Numbered from the stretch's first letter, positions 35,889-48,095 are shown. The stretch is 64,000 bases of DNA from an uncultured Gemmatimonadaceae bacterium (GCA_963829055.1 CAWHHI010000020.1:288001-352000), one strand, 5' to 3'. Notes: generated by a model from the sequence alone, not told the origin. A program made the numbers and translations.

Positions 35889-36572
35889 ATGGAGCCGCCA
35901 GTCACACCCGTGTTCCGCGACCGCACCGACGCCGGTCGCATTCTCGCCGGCCGAGCTCGCGGGCTACGCGGGACGCAGCGACGTCATCGTGCTCGCGCTT
36001 CCCCGCGGCGGCGTGCCCGTCGCCTACGAGGTCGCCCGCGCGCTCGGCGCGCCGCTCGACGTGTTCCTCGTCCGCAAGCTCGGGCTGCCGGGCCACGAGG
36101 AGCTCGCGATGGGCGCCATCGCGAGCGGCGGCATCCGGCTGATCAACGACGACGTCGTCGAGCGCCTACCACGTGACCGACGCGGAGATCGAGACGGTCG
36201 CGGTCGCGGAACAGGCGGAGCTGGAGCGCCGCGAGCGCATGTATCACGACAGGCCGATCACTTCCACCACTTCGAGGATCACACGGTCGATTCTCGTGGA
36301 TGACGGCCTCGCGACCGGCGCCACGATGCGCGTCGCGGTGCTGGCGCTCCGCGAGAAATCACCGACGCGCATCGTGGTCGCCGTGCCCGTTGCCGCACCC
36401 GAGACGTGCGACGAATTTCGCAGCGTCGTCGACGACGTCATCTGCGCCGAGACGCCGTACACCGTTCTACGCCGTCGGGATATGGTACGAGGACTTCGCG
36501 CAGACGACCGACGAAGAGGTCCACGAGCTGTTGACCGCCGCGCGCGACCACCCGTACGCTGAGCCGTCATAA
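35889..36572 (+). CDS. Phosphoribosyltransferase family protein (frameshifts)
   Basis: [51 protein letters not shown]. Confidence 0.9.
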
Positions 36573-36576
36573 CGAG

Positions 36577-37494
36577 ATGCGTTTCCTCATCATCGGAGCC
36601 GGCGGTATCGGGGCGTATTCGGCGGCGAGCTCGCTCGCGCCGGCCACGAGGTCACGATGTTCGCCCGCGGCGCACACCTCGACGCCATGCGAGCGCAACG
36701 GCCTCACGGTCCGCGAGCCCGAGGGCGAGTTCGTCGCGCGCGTCGGCGCGACGGACAGTGTCGACGAGCTCCCAGCGCCGACGTCGCCGTCGTCGCGGTG
36801 AAGAGCTACTCGCTGCGCCGACGTCACTTCCCGTCGTGCGCACTCGCCGCCGAGCGAGGCGCCGACGTGGTCCCGCTGCTGAACGGAGTCACCGCGGCCG
36901 ACGAGCTCATCGCCGGTGGCGTGCCACGATCCACACGTGCTCGGCGGACTCGCTCGCGTGAGTGTGGTGCGAACGGAGCCGGGCGTCGTCGAGCGACGGA
37001 GCGGTTTCAACAGCATGGTCGTCGGCGAATTGGGCGGCGGGACTGAGCGAGCGCGCGACGGCGATCGCCGACGCCTTGCCAGCGCGCGGGCGTCGACGCC
37101 CGCGCGTCGGCCACGATGGACGTGGAGCTCTGGCAGAAGTACGTGTTCATCACCGCCATGGCCGCCGTGTGCGGGCTCGGCTCGCACGTCGATTGGCCCG
37201 GTGCGCGAGGCACCCGGCGGCCGTCGCCTCATCCAGCGGGCGGTCACGGAGGTCGTCGATGTCGCGCGCGCTCGTGGAGTCCCGCTTCCCGACGACGAAG
37301 CGCCGCGAACCTCCGCGTACATCATCGACACGCTGCCCGCGGCCATGAAGCCGAGCTTTCTGCTCGACCTCGAGAGCGGCGGACCAACGGAGCTCGACAC
37401 GCTGAGCGGGGCGGTCTCGCGGTTCGCGGCCGAAGCGGGCATCGAGACCCCGGTCCACGAGACGGCGACGGCCGCGCTCGGCGTTAGGCGTTAG
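36577..37494 (+). CDS. panE: 2-dehydropantoate 2-reductase (ketopantoate reductase), heavily frameshifted
   Basis: IIGAGGIGAY, AVKSY, VPLLNG, LWQKY, KPSFLLDLESGGPTELDTLSG. Confidence 0.85.
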
Positions 37495-37633
37495 CCGACC
37501 ACGAGTGTGACGGCCGGCGGCCGGCAGTGGCAGTCGAACTGCGTGTACAATGTGATGTTCCTCGCTGTTTCCGGCCAGGACCAGTTACATTCGCGCGGTT
37601 CGCTGTGCCGTCTCGCCGACCGGCCGTCCGATC

Positions 37634-40392
37634 GTGGTCCGTCGCGACTCGTCATCCTCCGGCGCCGCCGCCAGCTCGACTTCCACGGCCCCTAACGCGA
37701 GCCGTCACGGCCGACCCACGTCACCTCGCGCTCGTATTCGCGACCGTGCAGGACGCCGCCGTCGTCACGCGATGCCGACGGCCGCATCGTCGACTGCAAT
37801 CCCGCCGCGGAACGCCTGTTCGGCAGCGCGCGCAGGCACGACGGCCTCACGCGCGTCGACCGAGCTCGCCGGAACGATCGATCGCCGCTGACGACGACGC
37901 CGCCGACGCCGCTGCGCTGCGGCGATGGCCGGTGGGAGGGTGAGATCGCCTTCGTGAGTCACGACGGCCGACTCGGGCACTCCACGCGACGCTCGTCGCG
38001 CAGCGCCAATGACGCCGGGTACGACGACGCTTCGTCGCATCTATCGGGACATCACCGGCAGAAGGCGGTCGAGGAAACGCTCCGCGAGAGCGAGAAGCGA
38101 CTGCGCTTTGCACTCGAGGGCGCGAACGAAGGGCTCTGGGACTGGAGCATCGACACCGGCGACGTCTACTTCAGCGCGGCCGCCGAGTTGATGCTCGGCT
38201 ACGAGCCCGGCGAGATGGAGCGTCGAGCCGGGCGGCACGTGGGACCAGAGCCTGCACCCCGACGACATGCCCGCGGTCCAGCGGGCGATCGACGAACACG
38301 TCGCCGGCAACACGCCGGCGTACGAGGCCGAGTATCGCTGCCGCACGAAGCAGGGCGGCTGGAAGTGGCTCCTCGGCCGCGGCAAGGTCGTCGAGCGGAA
38401 CGCCGACGGCTCGCCGCGCCGGATGACCGGCATTCACATCGACATCACCGAGCGCAAGCAGGCCGAGGAAACGCGAGCGCGGCTGACGGCGATTCTCGAC
38501 GCGACGCCGGACCTCGTCGCGACTTCCGACCGCCGACTTCACGACGCTGTACATGAACCCCGCGGGCCGGCGCATGCTCGGCCTCGACGAACACGAGGAT
38601 CTGACGGGTCGATGGATCGGCGACGACGTATCCGGCGCATGTCCGCCAGCGAGATGTTCGACGAGGCGATTCCGACGGCGGTACGTGATGGATTCTGGCG
38701 TGGAGAGAGCGCGTTCATTGGCGCCGACGGGCGAGAGCACCCCGCGACGCAGATCGTGCTCGCGCATCGGAATCGTCTCGGAAAAATCGAGTACTTCTCG
38801 ACGGTGCATGCGCGACGACACGGAGCGACTGCGCGCCGAGGCGGTGGTTCGCGAGAGCGAGGAGCGACATCGGCTGCTGTTCGAGGAGAATCCGATCCCG
38901 CTCCTCGTCATCGACGCCGAGACGCTGATGTTCCTCGTCGGTGAACGCGTCGGCGGTGCGGCAGTACGGCTACTCGCGCGACGAGTTCGCGCGGATGTCG
39001 ATCACCGACATCAGGCCGCCGAGGACGCGGCGATCGCACTCTCGCGCGCGGCGGCGCCATCCGAGGTGCGCTCGCAGCGATCGGGCCCCTACCGGCACAG
39101 GCGGAAGGATGGCTCGATCGTCATCGTCGACATCGTGTCGCGGGACTTCGTGTTCGCGGGACGCCACGCTCGTCTCGTTCTCGCCATCGACGTCACGGAG
39201 CAGCGGCACCTCGAGGATCAGCTCCGCCAGTCACAGAAGATCGAGGCGGTCGGCCAGCTCGCGGGCGGCATCGCGCACGACTTCAACAACCTGCTGACCG
39301 TCATCAAGGGCAACGTGGAGCTCGCGCTCCACCAGTTGCCCACGGGCGTGCCGCTGCGCGAATGATCTCGAGCAGGTGGCGCACGCAGCGTCGCGCGCGG
39401 CGCTGCTCACGCGGCAGCTGCTCGCGTTCAGCCGCAAGCAGGTGCTCACGCCGGCGGTGCTCGATCTCAACGAGGTCGTCGCCGAGGCGGAGCGGATGCT
39501 GCGCCGCGTGATCGGCGAGGACATCACGTTCGTCACGCAGCTCGCGCCGACGGTCTCGCGCGTGACCGCGGACCGTGGGCAGATCGAGCAGGTGCTCGTG
39601 AATCTCGTCGTGAACGCGCGCGACGCGATGCCCGACGGGTGGCGTGCTCACGGTCGCGACGGCGCGACGTGACCGTGTCGTGCCGCGGACGCGCGGCACG
39701 CGGTATCGTCCCCGGTCCGTACGTGACGCTTCGCGTCGAGCGACACGGGCGTCGGCATGGACGACACGACGCGGTCGCGCATCTTCGAGCCGTTCTTCAC
39801 GACGAAGCCGGTCGGGCACGGCACCGGACTCGGCCTCGCGACCGTGTATGGCGTCGTGCATCAGTCCGGCGGCTTCGTCACCGTGGACAGCACGCCGCGG
39901 TGTCGGGTCGACGTTCACCGTCTTCTCTGCCGCGCACGTGCGCATGTCGAGAACCCGACCGGCGGCACCGGTCCGGATGCGGTATCGAGCGCGGGCTCGG
40001 AGACGATTCTGCTCGTCGAGGATGAGGACGAAGTGCGCACGGTCGCGCGACGCGTGCTCGTGGAGGCGGGATACACGGTGCTCGAGGCGGCGAACGCCGC
40101 GGAGGCGATCGAGGTGTTCGATCGCTCGCCGGGCGCGATGGCGATGCTCGTGTCGGATGTCGTGATGCCCGGACTCAATGGGCACGAGCTCAGTCAAATG
40201 CTGCGGCTCCGCGCGCCGCGGCTGCCGACGCTGTTCGTGTCGGGATACAGCTTCGATGCGCGCGGTGAGTCGTCGGGATTCGACGACGAGAGCTTCCTCG
40301 CGAAGCCGTACGATCCGGCGGAGCTCGCGCGCCGGGTGCGCTCGATCTCGATGCGACCGCGTGCGGCGAGCGAGCCGCTGACGAGCGTGTAA
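37634..40392 (+). CDS. Multi-PAS hybrid sensor histidine kinase / receiver (CckA-like), many frameshifts; start uncertain
   Basis: GLWDW and HPDD PAS motifs, [62 protein letters not shown]. Confidence 0.88.
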
Positions 40393-40487
40393 CGGCCGAT
40401 GACCGTAAAGTGTTAGACGCAACAAATATTTGCAGTCGGCGGACTGGGCCGTATAGCTTCGCCGCACTCTCAGCACAGGAGCACGGA

Positions 40488-40733
40488 ATGGCCGACTCCG
40501 GCTTCCCGACACGCGACCTCGGCGCCTAACGCCAGCATCGACGGCGACATCGCGGTGCTCCTCGATCGCGTGTGCGCCAGTCTGCCGCACGACTACACGA
40601 AGCAACTCGTCCGCGACGTCGTTCGACTGAAGCTCGGGCTGGGATTCGAGGGCGACGTGCGCGACTACCTCAAGCGACGCAGCGGCGAGTATCGCCGCGG
40701 TGCGGCGGTCGTCGAGGAACAGCGACGAAGTAG
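40488..40733 (+). CDS. Small hypothetical protein (frameshifted), related to 56041-56289
   Basis: CAGGAG RBS and ATG 40488; IAVLLDRVCASLPHDYTKQLVRDVVRLK. Confidence 0.5.
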
Positions 40734-40749
40734 CGCTCCGCCAGCGCGA

Positions 40750-43421
40750 TTACTCCGTCCGAGTGCCGTCGCCGGATCGGCTCGGCTCGCGTACGTCGCC
40801 GGCACCCACGTCGCGACGAGCGCCGTCAGCGACCAGCACCGCGGACACGGCGATGAACGTCAGCGGATCCTTCGACGCGACGCCGAAGAGCAGCGTCTGC
40901 ATGAGCCGCGTCGCGAGCGAGCGCACCGACCGTGCCGATCACGAGCCCGAACGACTACCAGCCGCAGGCCATTCCGAACGACGAGCCACCGCACGTCGTT
41001 CGCCTGCGCACCGAGCGCGAGCCGGATCCCCATCTCCCGCACTCGGCGACGCGCCATCTGCGCCATCACGCCGTAGACGCCGACGACGGCCAGCGCCAGT
41101 CCGACGCTCGCGAATAGCAGCAGCAGCGTCGTGAGGAAGCGCTCGCGCGCGAGCGACTGCGCGCGCACTTCGTTCATGGTCACGGATGGACTCGAGCGCG
41201 AGCGACCGGTCCAGCTCCGCGACCGTGCGGCGGATCGCCGGACCTAACGACGCGGGATCGCCGGCGGTTCGCAGCACCATGAACATACCGTTCGTCGGCG
41301 ACTGCGCGAGCGGCTCGAACACCTCGATCTGCGGCTCGAGGCTGAGCTTCGTCTGATGCTGGCTCTTCACGACACCGACGATCGTGTTCCACGTCGACGT
41401 GGAGTCCGGGTCCTTGTCGAACGTGATCCGCTTGCCGATCGGATCCTGTCCCTTGAAGTGCTTCTTCGCGAATGCCTCGTTGATGACCACGACCTGCGGG
41501 CCGTTCGCGCGGTCGTCGGCCGTGAACGCTCGCCCGGCGAGCACCGGCGTCTTCATCGACCTTGAAGATAGTCCGGCGTCACGCGGCGATGCAGCGACCT
41601 CGCTCCCGTACGTGCCCGCCGGCCAGCCCTGCGACGGTGAAGTCGCTCGTAGTAGCCCGAGTTGTCGAGCGAGAGCTGCGAGACGCCGCCGACCCCCTGT
41701 ACGCCCGGAATGCCGCGCAGCCGCTCCTCCAGCCGCGTGAAGAACGAGAGGACCTTCTCGCCGGTGTCGTACCGCGCGCCCGGGAAGCACGAGCTTGGCG
41801 GCGAGAACGCCATTCGGGTCGAAGCCCGGATCGACGTGCTCCAGGCGGAGCAGGCTTCGCACGAGCAGACCGGCGCCGACGCTCAGCATGAGCGCGAGCG
41901 CGACCTCACCGATGACGAGACGCTCGCCCCACCGCCGGATCCGGCGACTCTCGCTGCCGCCTCGGCCACCTTCCTTGAGGGCGTCGAGCGGAAGGCGTCG
42001 GCTCGACCACAGCGCCGGCGCTATCCCGAACAGCAGGCCGCTCACCGTCGTGATGGCGAGCACGTAGGCGAGCACGACCCAGTCGAACTCGAACCGGGAG
42101 ACGCGCAGCATGCCGGCGGGCTGCATGGCCTGGAGCGCCCGCGTGCCCCACCAGCCTAACGCCACGCCGGCTGCGCCACCGACCACGGACGTGACGAGGC
42201 TCTCGGTCAGGGCCTGCCTGACGAGCCGTCGCCGGCCCGCACCAAGGGCGAGTCGCAGCGCGGCCTCGCGCTCCCGTCCCGCCGCCTTCACCAGCATCAG
42301 GTTGCCGACGTTCGCGCAGGCGATGAGCAGCAGCAGCCCGACGGCGCCGAGCAGGACGAGCAGCGGCAGCCGCGTGTCGCCGATGAGGAACTCGTGCAGT
42401 GGCGTCATCCCCGCGCCCATGGCTTTGTTGGTCTGCGGATAGTCGCGCTGCAATCGCTTCACGACGGCCTGCAGCTGTGCGTCGGCCGTCTCCTGCGTCA
42501 CGCCCGGCTTCAGGCGTGCAACCACGCTCACCCAGTGGGCGCGACGGAAGAACACCTGCTGTCGATTGTTCGGATTCCACCGCCACGGCTGCCAGAGATC
42601 GACCTCCGTCGTTCGGGTACGCGAAGCGAGGCGGGCATGACGCCGACCACCTGCACGGGGCTCCCATCGAGCTGGATCGTTCGGCCGATCACGCGCGGGT
42701 CGCTGCCGAACCGGTCGCGCCAGAGCCGATGGGACAGCACGGCGACGCTCTGGTCGGTGCGCCACGTCTCGGCGTCCGGTGAATGTCCTGCCTAACGCCG
42801 CGCGGGCGCCGAGCACCGAGAAGAAGTTGCCCGTGCCGAAGGCCGGCTTGACGATCGTCGGCTCACCACCGTCCGAGAGCGTCGACGCGCCGAACGCGTC
42901 GGCGTAGCCCATGACGTCCGCGAAGGACGCAACCTGCTCCTTCCAGTCGAACATGTTGGCCGGGGCGGCCACCTCCTTGTACCACCCCTTCTCCGGGTTT
43001 TCCTCCCACAGCATGTAGAGCTGCTCGGGGTTCGGGAACGGGAGCGGCCGCAGGATGACGGCATTCACCGCCGAGAAGATGGCGGTGTTCGCACCGACGC
43101 CGAGTGCGAGCGTGAGTATCGCGGCCGCCGCGAGCGCCGGCGTGCGACGCATGGTTCGCAGTGTGTATCGCGTGTCGGCGACGAGCTCCTCGACGGGGCG
43201 CGCCGCGTAGACGTCGTGGTGCGCCTCGCGCGTCTGCGTCAGCCCACCGAACTGCACCAGCGCGTGTCGCCGCGCCTCTGCTCGGCTCATGCCGAGGCGA
43301 ACGTTCTTTTCCGTTTCCTGCTCGATGATGAAACTCGATCTCGTCGTTCAACGCCTTCTCGGCCGCGCGGGGAAACAGCAGTGCGCGTAGCCGAGCGGTG
43401 AATGCCCTTGATGGCGGCCAT
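40750..43421 (-). CDS. ADOP-type duplicated orphan ABC permease (MacB/FtsX repeats), frameshifted
   Basis: LALGVGANTAIFSAVNAVILRPLP, LLIACANVGNL, REREAALRLALGA, GVYGVMA..EMGIRLALGA. Confidence 0.9.
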
Positions 43422-43484
43422 GGTGGCTCCGGGAGGCGAGCCCGCGGTCCACCGCTGGCGCGACCTCGTAAAATGTCGTGCTCG

Positions 43485-43820
43485 TTAGGTGGTCTGGAGG
43501 ATGAACTCGACGGCTTCCACGTAGCGGCGCCAGTTCGCGGCTTCGGTGCCGACCGCGCGTCGTCCGGCGGCGGTCAGGCGATAGTACTTCGCGCGCCGGT
43601 TGTTCTCCGTCGTCCGCCATTCGCTGTCTATCCAGCCCTTCTGCTCCAGCCGCTGGAATGCCGGATAGAGCGATCCCTGGTTCGCGTCGAGCACGCCGCG
43701 CGACATCTGCTGGATACGCTGCCCGATCCCCCACCCGTGCATGGGCTCGAGGGTGAGCGTCTTGAGGATCAGCAGGTCGAGCGTACCACGAAGGACATCA
43801 CTGGAGGGAGGCTGCTGCAT
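43485..43820 (-). CDS. padR: PadR family regulator (acidobacterial subfamily)
   Basis: LRGTLDLLILKTL..MHGWGI..GSLYPA..ENNRRAKYYRLTAAG. Confidence 0.95.
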   Translation of the reverse strand: MQQPPSSDVLRGTLDLLILKTLTLEPMHGWGIGQRIQQMSRGVLDANQGSLYPAFQRLEQKGWIDSEWRTTENNRRAKYYRLTAAGRRAVGTEAANWRRYVEAVEFILQTT

Positions 43821-43846
43821 GCGCCGGACGGGTAGAGGACGCGCTA

Positions 43847-43899
43847 CTCTTGTCGGATTCCAAGAGAAGAGTGCGAAGTCTTCTGTCGGAAGTCAAGAG
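43847..43899. promoter_or_regulatory. Paired candidate PadR operators
   Basis: ctcttgtcggattccaagag (43847) and cttctgtcggaagtcaagag (43880), 33 bp apart, upstream of padR. Confidence 0.6.
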
Positions 43900-43936
43900 G
43901 AGCATGTCCGTGCCAGGGGAGCACGACGTCCGATCA

Positions 43937-44168
43937 CAAAAAACAAAGAGCAGACAGGATTGCACGATTGACAGGATTGGACGGCGTTGCATTCGGGCTG
44001 GCTTACGCAACGAGCCGGGAATGAGGGGAACAGCCGCTCGGACGCCACTCTCTCCGAGATGTGTCCACATTCGTTAGGCCGGCCGAGTCGCCGCTCGATA
44101 TGTAGGCGGTCTGTTAATCCTGTCCATCCTGTCAATCCTGTCTCTGTTGCTGTCTGCTTTTTTCTTTT
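43937..44168. repeat. Inverted repeat with 9-bp periodic ACAGGATTG arms
   Basis: agacaggattgcacgattgacaggatt (43952-43978) vs aatcctgtccatcctgtcaatcctgtct (44116-44143), flanked by A-rich and T-rich tracts. Confidence 0.78.
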
Positions 44169-44276
44169 GGCTCAGCGGGTGTATCAGGGGCCTTCGGTGA
44201 TACCATCCTAGCCGTCGGCAACGATCACGTTCGAGAAGATCCTCGCGATGCTCGGGATGACACCGCTGATGGCTCG

Positions 44277-44855
44277 TTAGCCACCCACACGCGATAGCGA
44301 ACGCAGCTGACCGATCTCGGGGTGGCTCGCCTCCGAGCCATCGGCGTCGGAGCTCATGACACGACGCACCGACGACAGGTGCTCGATGAACCAGCGTCCA
44401 CGTGGCGAGCCGAGGTCGTCGTAGCGAATGCGGCGGCTGCCGGAGCTCGCGTGGATGATCCGGCCATTGCCCGCATACATGGCCACGTGGCCCGCGCGCC
44501 CACGCTTCGTGTGGAAGAACAGCAGGTCACCGACGCGCAGCGAATCCGCGCCGATGGCTACGGCACGCCCCGCCGTCGCCTGCTCTCGCGCTGTTCGCGG
44601 CAGCGCGATGCCGTGGCGCGAGAAGACATATCGCACGAACCCCGAGCAGTCGAACGCACCTGGCTTCACTCCGCCGAGGCGGTACCGTGTTCCGAGGTAT
44701 CGCGCCGCGGTTGCGGCGATCCCTTTCGAGGACCCTGGCACGGTGACGCTCGCGGTCGCGTCCGTGGTCGCGACGGTGGATGCGCGAGCGCTGTCGGGCG
44801 TCGCGCTCACGAACATGATCAAATTGACCGAAACGGCGGACACAATGGACACCAT
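44277..44855 (-). CDS. NlpC/P60 (C40) peptidase
   Basis: YLGTRYRLGG..FDCSGFV, LPRTAREQ, GDLLFF, GHVAMY..IIHAS. Confidence 0.92.
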   Translation of the reverse strand: MVSIVSAVSVNLIMFVSATPDSARASTVATTDATASVTVPGSSKGIAATAARYLGTRYRLGGVKPGAFDCSGFVRYVFSRHGIALPRTAREQATAGRAVAIGADSLRVGDLLFFHTKRGRAGHVAMYAGNGRIIHASSGSRRIRYDDLGSPRGRWFIEHLSSVRRVMSSDADGSEASHPEIGQLRSLSRVGG

Positions 44856-45064
44856 GGACTGCCTCCGGTTGTCTGGCGCCCGCTACTAAGGCACTCGGCG
44901 CACCGGAAGAATTCGCCCTTTGGCACAGCGATGCGTGCAGGAACGTGTGGCATGTCGGTCGATCGCAGCGCGGCCGCAACACGCCGCGATGGACGCGCGC
45001 GGCGTACATCACACACGCAAGTGGCTATGCACTACTGACCACTTTCGCGACAGCATCGATAGCG

Positions 45065-45225
45065 CTACGGCGGATACCGCTGCAGGTACTGGAGATCATC
45101 CGCGTCCTTGCGCACGACGTAGATCGAGCGCGTTCCGAAGCCGACGATCCGCCAGTCGTTAGGCACGTCGACAGAGAACGCAGGCGCGCCTCGCGCGCGA
45201 CGCAGACGGACCCGGAAACCGGAAT
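45065..45225 (-). pseudogene. Orphan C-terminal fragment of a beta-propeller-like protein
   Basis: VDVPNDWRIVGFGTRSIYVVRKDADDLQYLQRYPP* looks like a real protein end, but upstream is repeat DNA with no start. Confidence 0.5.
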
Positions 45226-45232
45226 ACTGTCT

Positions 45233-45380
45233 CCCGAGGAGCGCCAGAGCCTGCCCTGAGGAGCGCAGCGACAAAGGGACCTTCTGTGATGCTCTTGTGG
45301 CCCGACTGGCTACGATAATGTCACGGAAGATCCCTCTGCCGCTGCGCTCGGGATGACAAACGCTGCCGCTCGGCATGACA
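45233..45380. repeat. REP-like element (..CGCTCGGGATGACA arms)
   Basis: agatccctc..cgctcgggatgaca..cgctcggcatgaca; a related half copy sits at 44235-44262. Confidence 0.75.
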
Positions 45381-45413
45381 CTTGTCGCGAGAGCGCCTAG
45401 AGATGAGGCATCA

Positions 45414-48095
45414 TCAATCCGAACGCATCGATGTAAGCGGATCGATGCGCGTCGCGCGGCGTGCCGGGATGTAACTCGCCAGCAGGGCGACGACCGTCAG
45501 GAGCAATGCGACCGCACCGTACGTCAGCGGGTCGGTGACACGAACCCCGTACACCACGTTCGTCATGAGCCGCGTCACCAGCAATGCGCCGATCAACCCC
45601 GCGACGACACCGGCCATCACCACGCGCATCCCCTGCCCGATGATGAGCCTAACGACGTTCCGCGGCGTGGCGCCGAGCGCCATCCGCACACCGATCTCGT
45701 GCGTGCGGCGTGATACGGCGTAGCTGATCACGCCGTAGATCCCCACCGCCGCGAGCACCAGCGCGACCGCCGCGAACGTCGCGAGCAGCACGAGCGTGAA
45801 CCGCGGCCGCGCATTCGCGCCCGACACCACATCGTCCATGGTCTGCACCGCCGTCACCGGGACCGCCCGGTCCAGCGATCCGATCACATCACGAACCGCC
45901 GGCGCGAGCGCGGCCGGGTTGCACCGGCTGCTCGTTGGGCACGACGCGCGCGCGACGAGCGTCATGTAGGCCACGTGCCCGCCGTCGCTCTCGAGATACT
46001 GTCGATCCTGCAGGTACGGCAGAAACACTTCCTCGCTGGCCGGAGACGCCCAGTCAGCCTGCACTCCATTCTTCACGACGCCCACGACTGTCATCCACTG
46101 CGGCTGGCCGGTGCCGGGATCGAGCGCGATCCGCTTCCCGATCGCGTCCTCGTTAGGCCAGTAGCGACGCGCGAGGAAGTCGTTGACCACCACCACCGCT
46201 GGCGCACCAAGCCGATCCGCCTCGGTGACGTCGCGCCCGCGCAGGATCGGCAGCCGCATGGTCTGGAAGTAGCCTGGAAACACGGCACGATAGGCGGCCC
46301 TCGGAACGTCCCCGGGCTGCGGCCGCGGACGTCCGTCCACGATGAACTGAAGCCCCCAGATGTCCCCAGCGATCGGCACGTGATTGATCAGGCTTGCGGA
46401 CTCCACGCCCGGCAACTGACGCACGCGCTCCAGCGCCGTCGTGTAGAACGTCAGCCGACTTCCCGGCGCCGCCTCCGCGGTTCCCTTGAGCGATATCTCC
46501 GCCGACAGCACGCCGTGTGGGTCGAACCCGGGATCGATCGCCCGCAGCGCGACGAAACTGCGAATCGCCAGGCCGGCGCCGGTGAGCAGCATGAGCGCAA
46601 GCGCGATCTCCGATCCCACGAGCACGCTACGCACTCGACCGCGCTTCCCGCTCTCGGTCGATCCTCGCGCGCCGTCCCGCAACGCCTCGGACATCTCGCT
46701 TCGAGACACTCGTAAGGCAGGGAGCAAGCCGAAACCCAGCCCCGTGAGCAGCGATACCACGACCGTGAACGCGAGCACCCACGGATCGAGCGAGATGCCC
46801 GCCGCGCGCGGGACGCTGTTGCCCGCGAGCGCGACGAGCGCCTGTAGCCCGCCGCGTGCGAGCATCACGCCGATGGCCCCACCGACAAACGCCAGCACCA
46901 CGCTCTCGGTCAGTAGCTGTCGCAGGAGACGTCCGCGACTCGCCCCGAGCGCGAGACGAACGGTCATCTCGCGATGCCGCGCCGTCGCGCGCGCCAGCAG
47001 CATGTGCGCGACGTTCGCACACGCGATGAGCAGCACGAACCCCACGGCACCGAGCAGCACCAGAAGTGCCGAGCGGACGTTGCCGACGACCATGGTGTCG
47101 AGCGGCGTGACGGTCACGTCGCGGTTCGTCCCGGGAAACGCCTTCTCGAGGTTCGCCGTGATAGTCGCCATCTGCGCCCGCGCCGCGCCGAGCGATGTGC
47201 CGGGCGCCAACCGCGCGAAGATGCGCAGGCTCTGTCCCTGTCGGCTGGACGCTCGCTCGCCTAACGCGAGCGGCGCCCACATCTGCACGCCGGTCGCCCA
47301 GAACATCGGGAAGTCGAAACCGCGCGGCATCACGCCGACGACCGTATAGGACGTCCCGTCGACGAGGAGCTGTTGGCCCAGGACGTCGCGCCGCCCGGCG
47401 AACCGCCGCTGCCAGTACCCCCACGACAACACGACCGGCAACTCTCCACTCGGCGCATCGTCTTCCGGCCGCAGCAGCCGTCCGATCAGCGGGCGAACGC
47501 CGGTCATCGCGAGGACATCCGAGGTGACCTGAAGACCCTGCACGCGCTCCGGCGCATCGCCGCTGACGTTGCCGCTCCAGTACTGCGCGGCACCCATCGT
47601 CGAGAACACCGTGTTCTGTCGCTTCCAGTCGAGGTAGTTGGCCGGCGCGACCGGATCCCGCGTGTCGTGCAGGACCGCGACGAGTGCGTCGGGGTCGGTG
47701 TACGGCAGCGGTCGTAACAGGACGCCATTGACGACACTGAAGATCGCCGTGGTTGCGCCGATCCCGAGCGCCAGCGCGATCACCGCGACAACGGTAAAGG
47801 CGGGCCGCCGGATCAGCGTGCGCACCGCGTACCGCACGTCGAGCAGTGTCGTCTCGAGCAGCGCACCCGAGCGAACCTCGCGCACGTCGTCCTTCACGCG
47901 CTCGAGCCGCCCGAGCTCCACGAGCGCGGCGCGACGCGCGTCCTCCGCGCTCATGCCGGCGCGCATCTTCTCCGCCGCGAGGAGATCGGTGTATGCGCGC
48001 AGTTCCTCGTCGAGATCGTGCTCGACGCCGGACTTCGAGAACAGATTGCGTCCGAGGCTCTTCGCCCGTGACGATAGTCGGCTGAGCGGTGACAT
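45414..48095 (-). CDS. ADOP-type duplicated orphan ABC permease (intact)
   Basis: DLDEELRAY..EDARRAAL N-terminal prefix domain, two MacB/FtsX halves, RTHEIGVRMALGA, RRATRIDP; ATG 48095 with GGAG RBS. Confidence 0.95.
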   Translation of the reverse strand: MSPLSRLSSRAKSLGRNLFSKSGVEHDLDEELRAYTDLLAAEKMRAGMSAEDARRAALVELGRLERVKDDVREVRSGALLETTLLDVRYAVRTLIRRPAFTVVAVIALALGIGATTAIFSVVNGVLLRPLPYTDPDALVAVLHDTRDPVAPANYLDWKRQNTVFSTMGAAQYWSGNVSGDAPERVQGLQVTSDVLAMTGVRPLIGRLLRPEDDAPSGELPVVLSWGYWQRRFAGRRDVLGQQLLVDGTSYTVVGVMPRGFDFPMFWATGVQMWAPLALGERASSRQGQSLRIFARLAPGTSLGAARAQMATITANLEKAFPGTNRDVTVTPLDTMVVGNVRSALLVLLGAVGFVLLIACANVAHMLLARATARHREMTVRLALGASRGRLLRQLLTESVVLAFVGGAIGVMLARGGLQALVALAGNSVPRAAGISLDPWVLAFTVVVSLLTGLGFGLLPALRVSRSEMSEALRDGARGSTESGKRGRVRSVLVGSEIALALMLLTGAGLAIRSFVALRAIDPGFDPHGVLSAEISLKGTAEAAPGSRLTFYTTALERVRQLPGVESASLINHVPIAGDIWGLQFIVDGRPRPQPGDVPRAAYRAVFPGYFQTMRLPILRGRDVTEADRLGAPAVVVVNDFLARRYWPNEDAIGKRIALDPGTGQPQWMTVVGVVKNGVQADWASPASEEVFLPYLQDRQYLESDGGHVAYMTLVARASCPTSSRCNPAALAPAVRDVIGSLDRAVPVTAVQTMDDVVSGANARPRFTLVLLATFAAVALVLAAVGIYGVISYAVSRRTHEIGVRMALGATPRNVVRLIIGQGMRVVMAGVVAGLIGALLVTRLMTNVVYGVRVTDPLTYGAVALLLTVVALLASYIPARRATRIDPLTSMRSD

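Noticed and set aside
34178..36303. Fusions of the amine oxidase to the upstream hypothetical protein or to the downstream PRTase
   Set aside because: A GTGA overlap at 34487 and a separate ATG at 35889 in an indel-rich region make frameshift artefacts more likely.
39360..39378. In-frame TGA in the hybrid kinase as recoding (selenocysteine or readthrough)
   Set aside because: The protein continues in a different frame (GAT CTC GAG), consistent with a 1-bp insertion.
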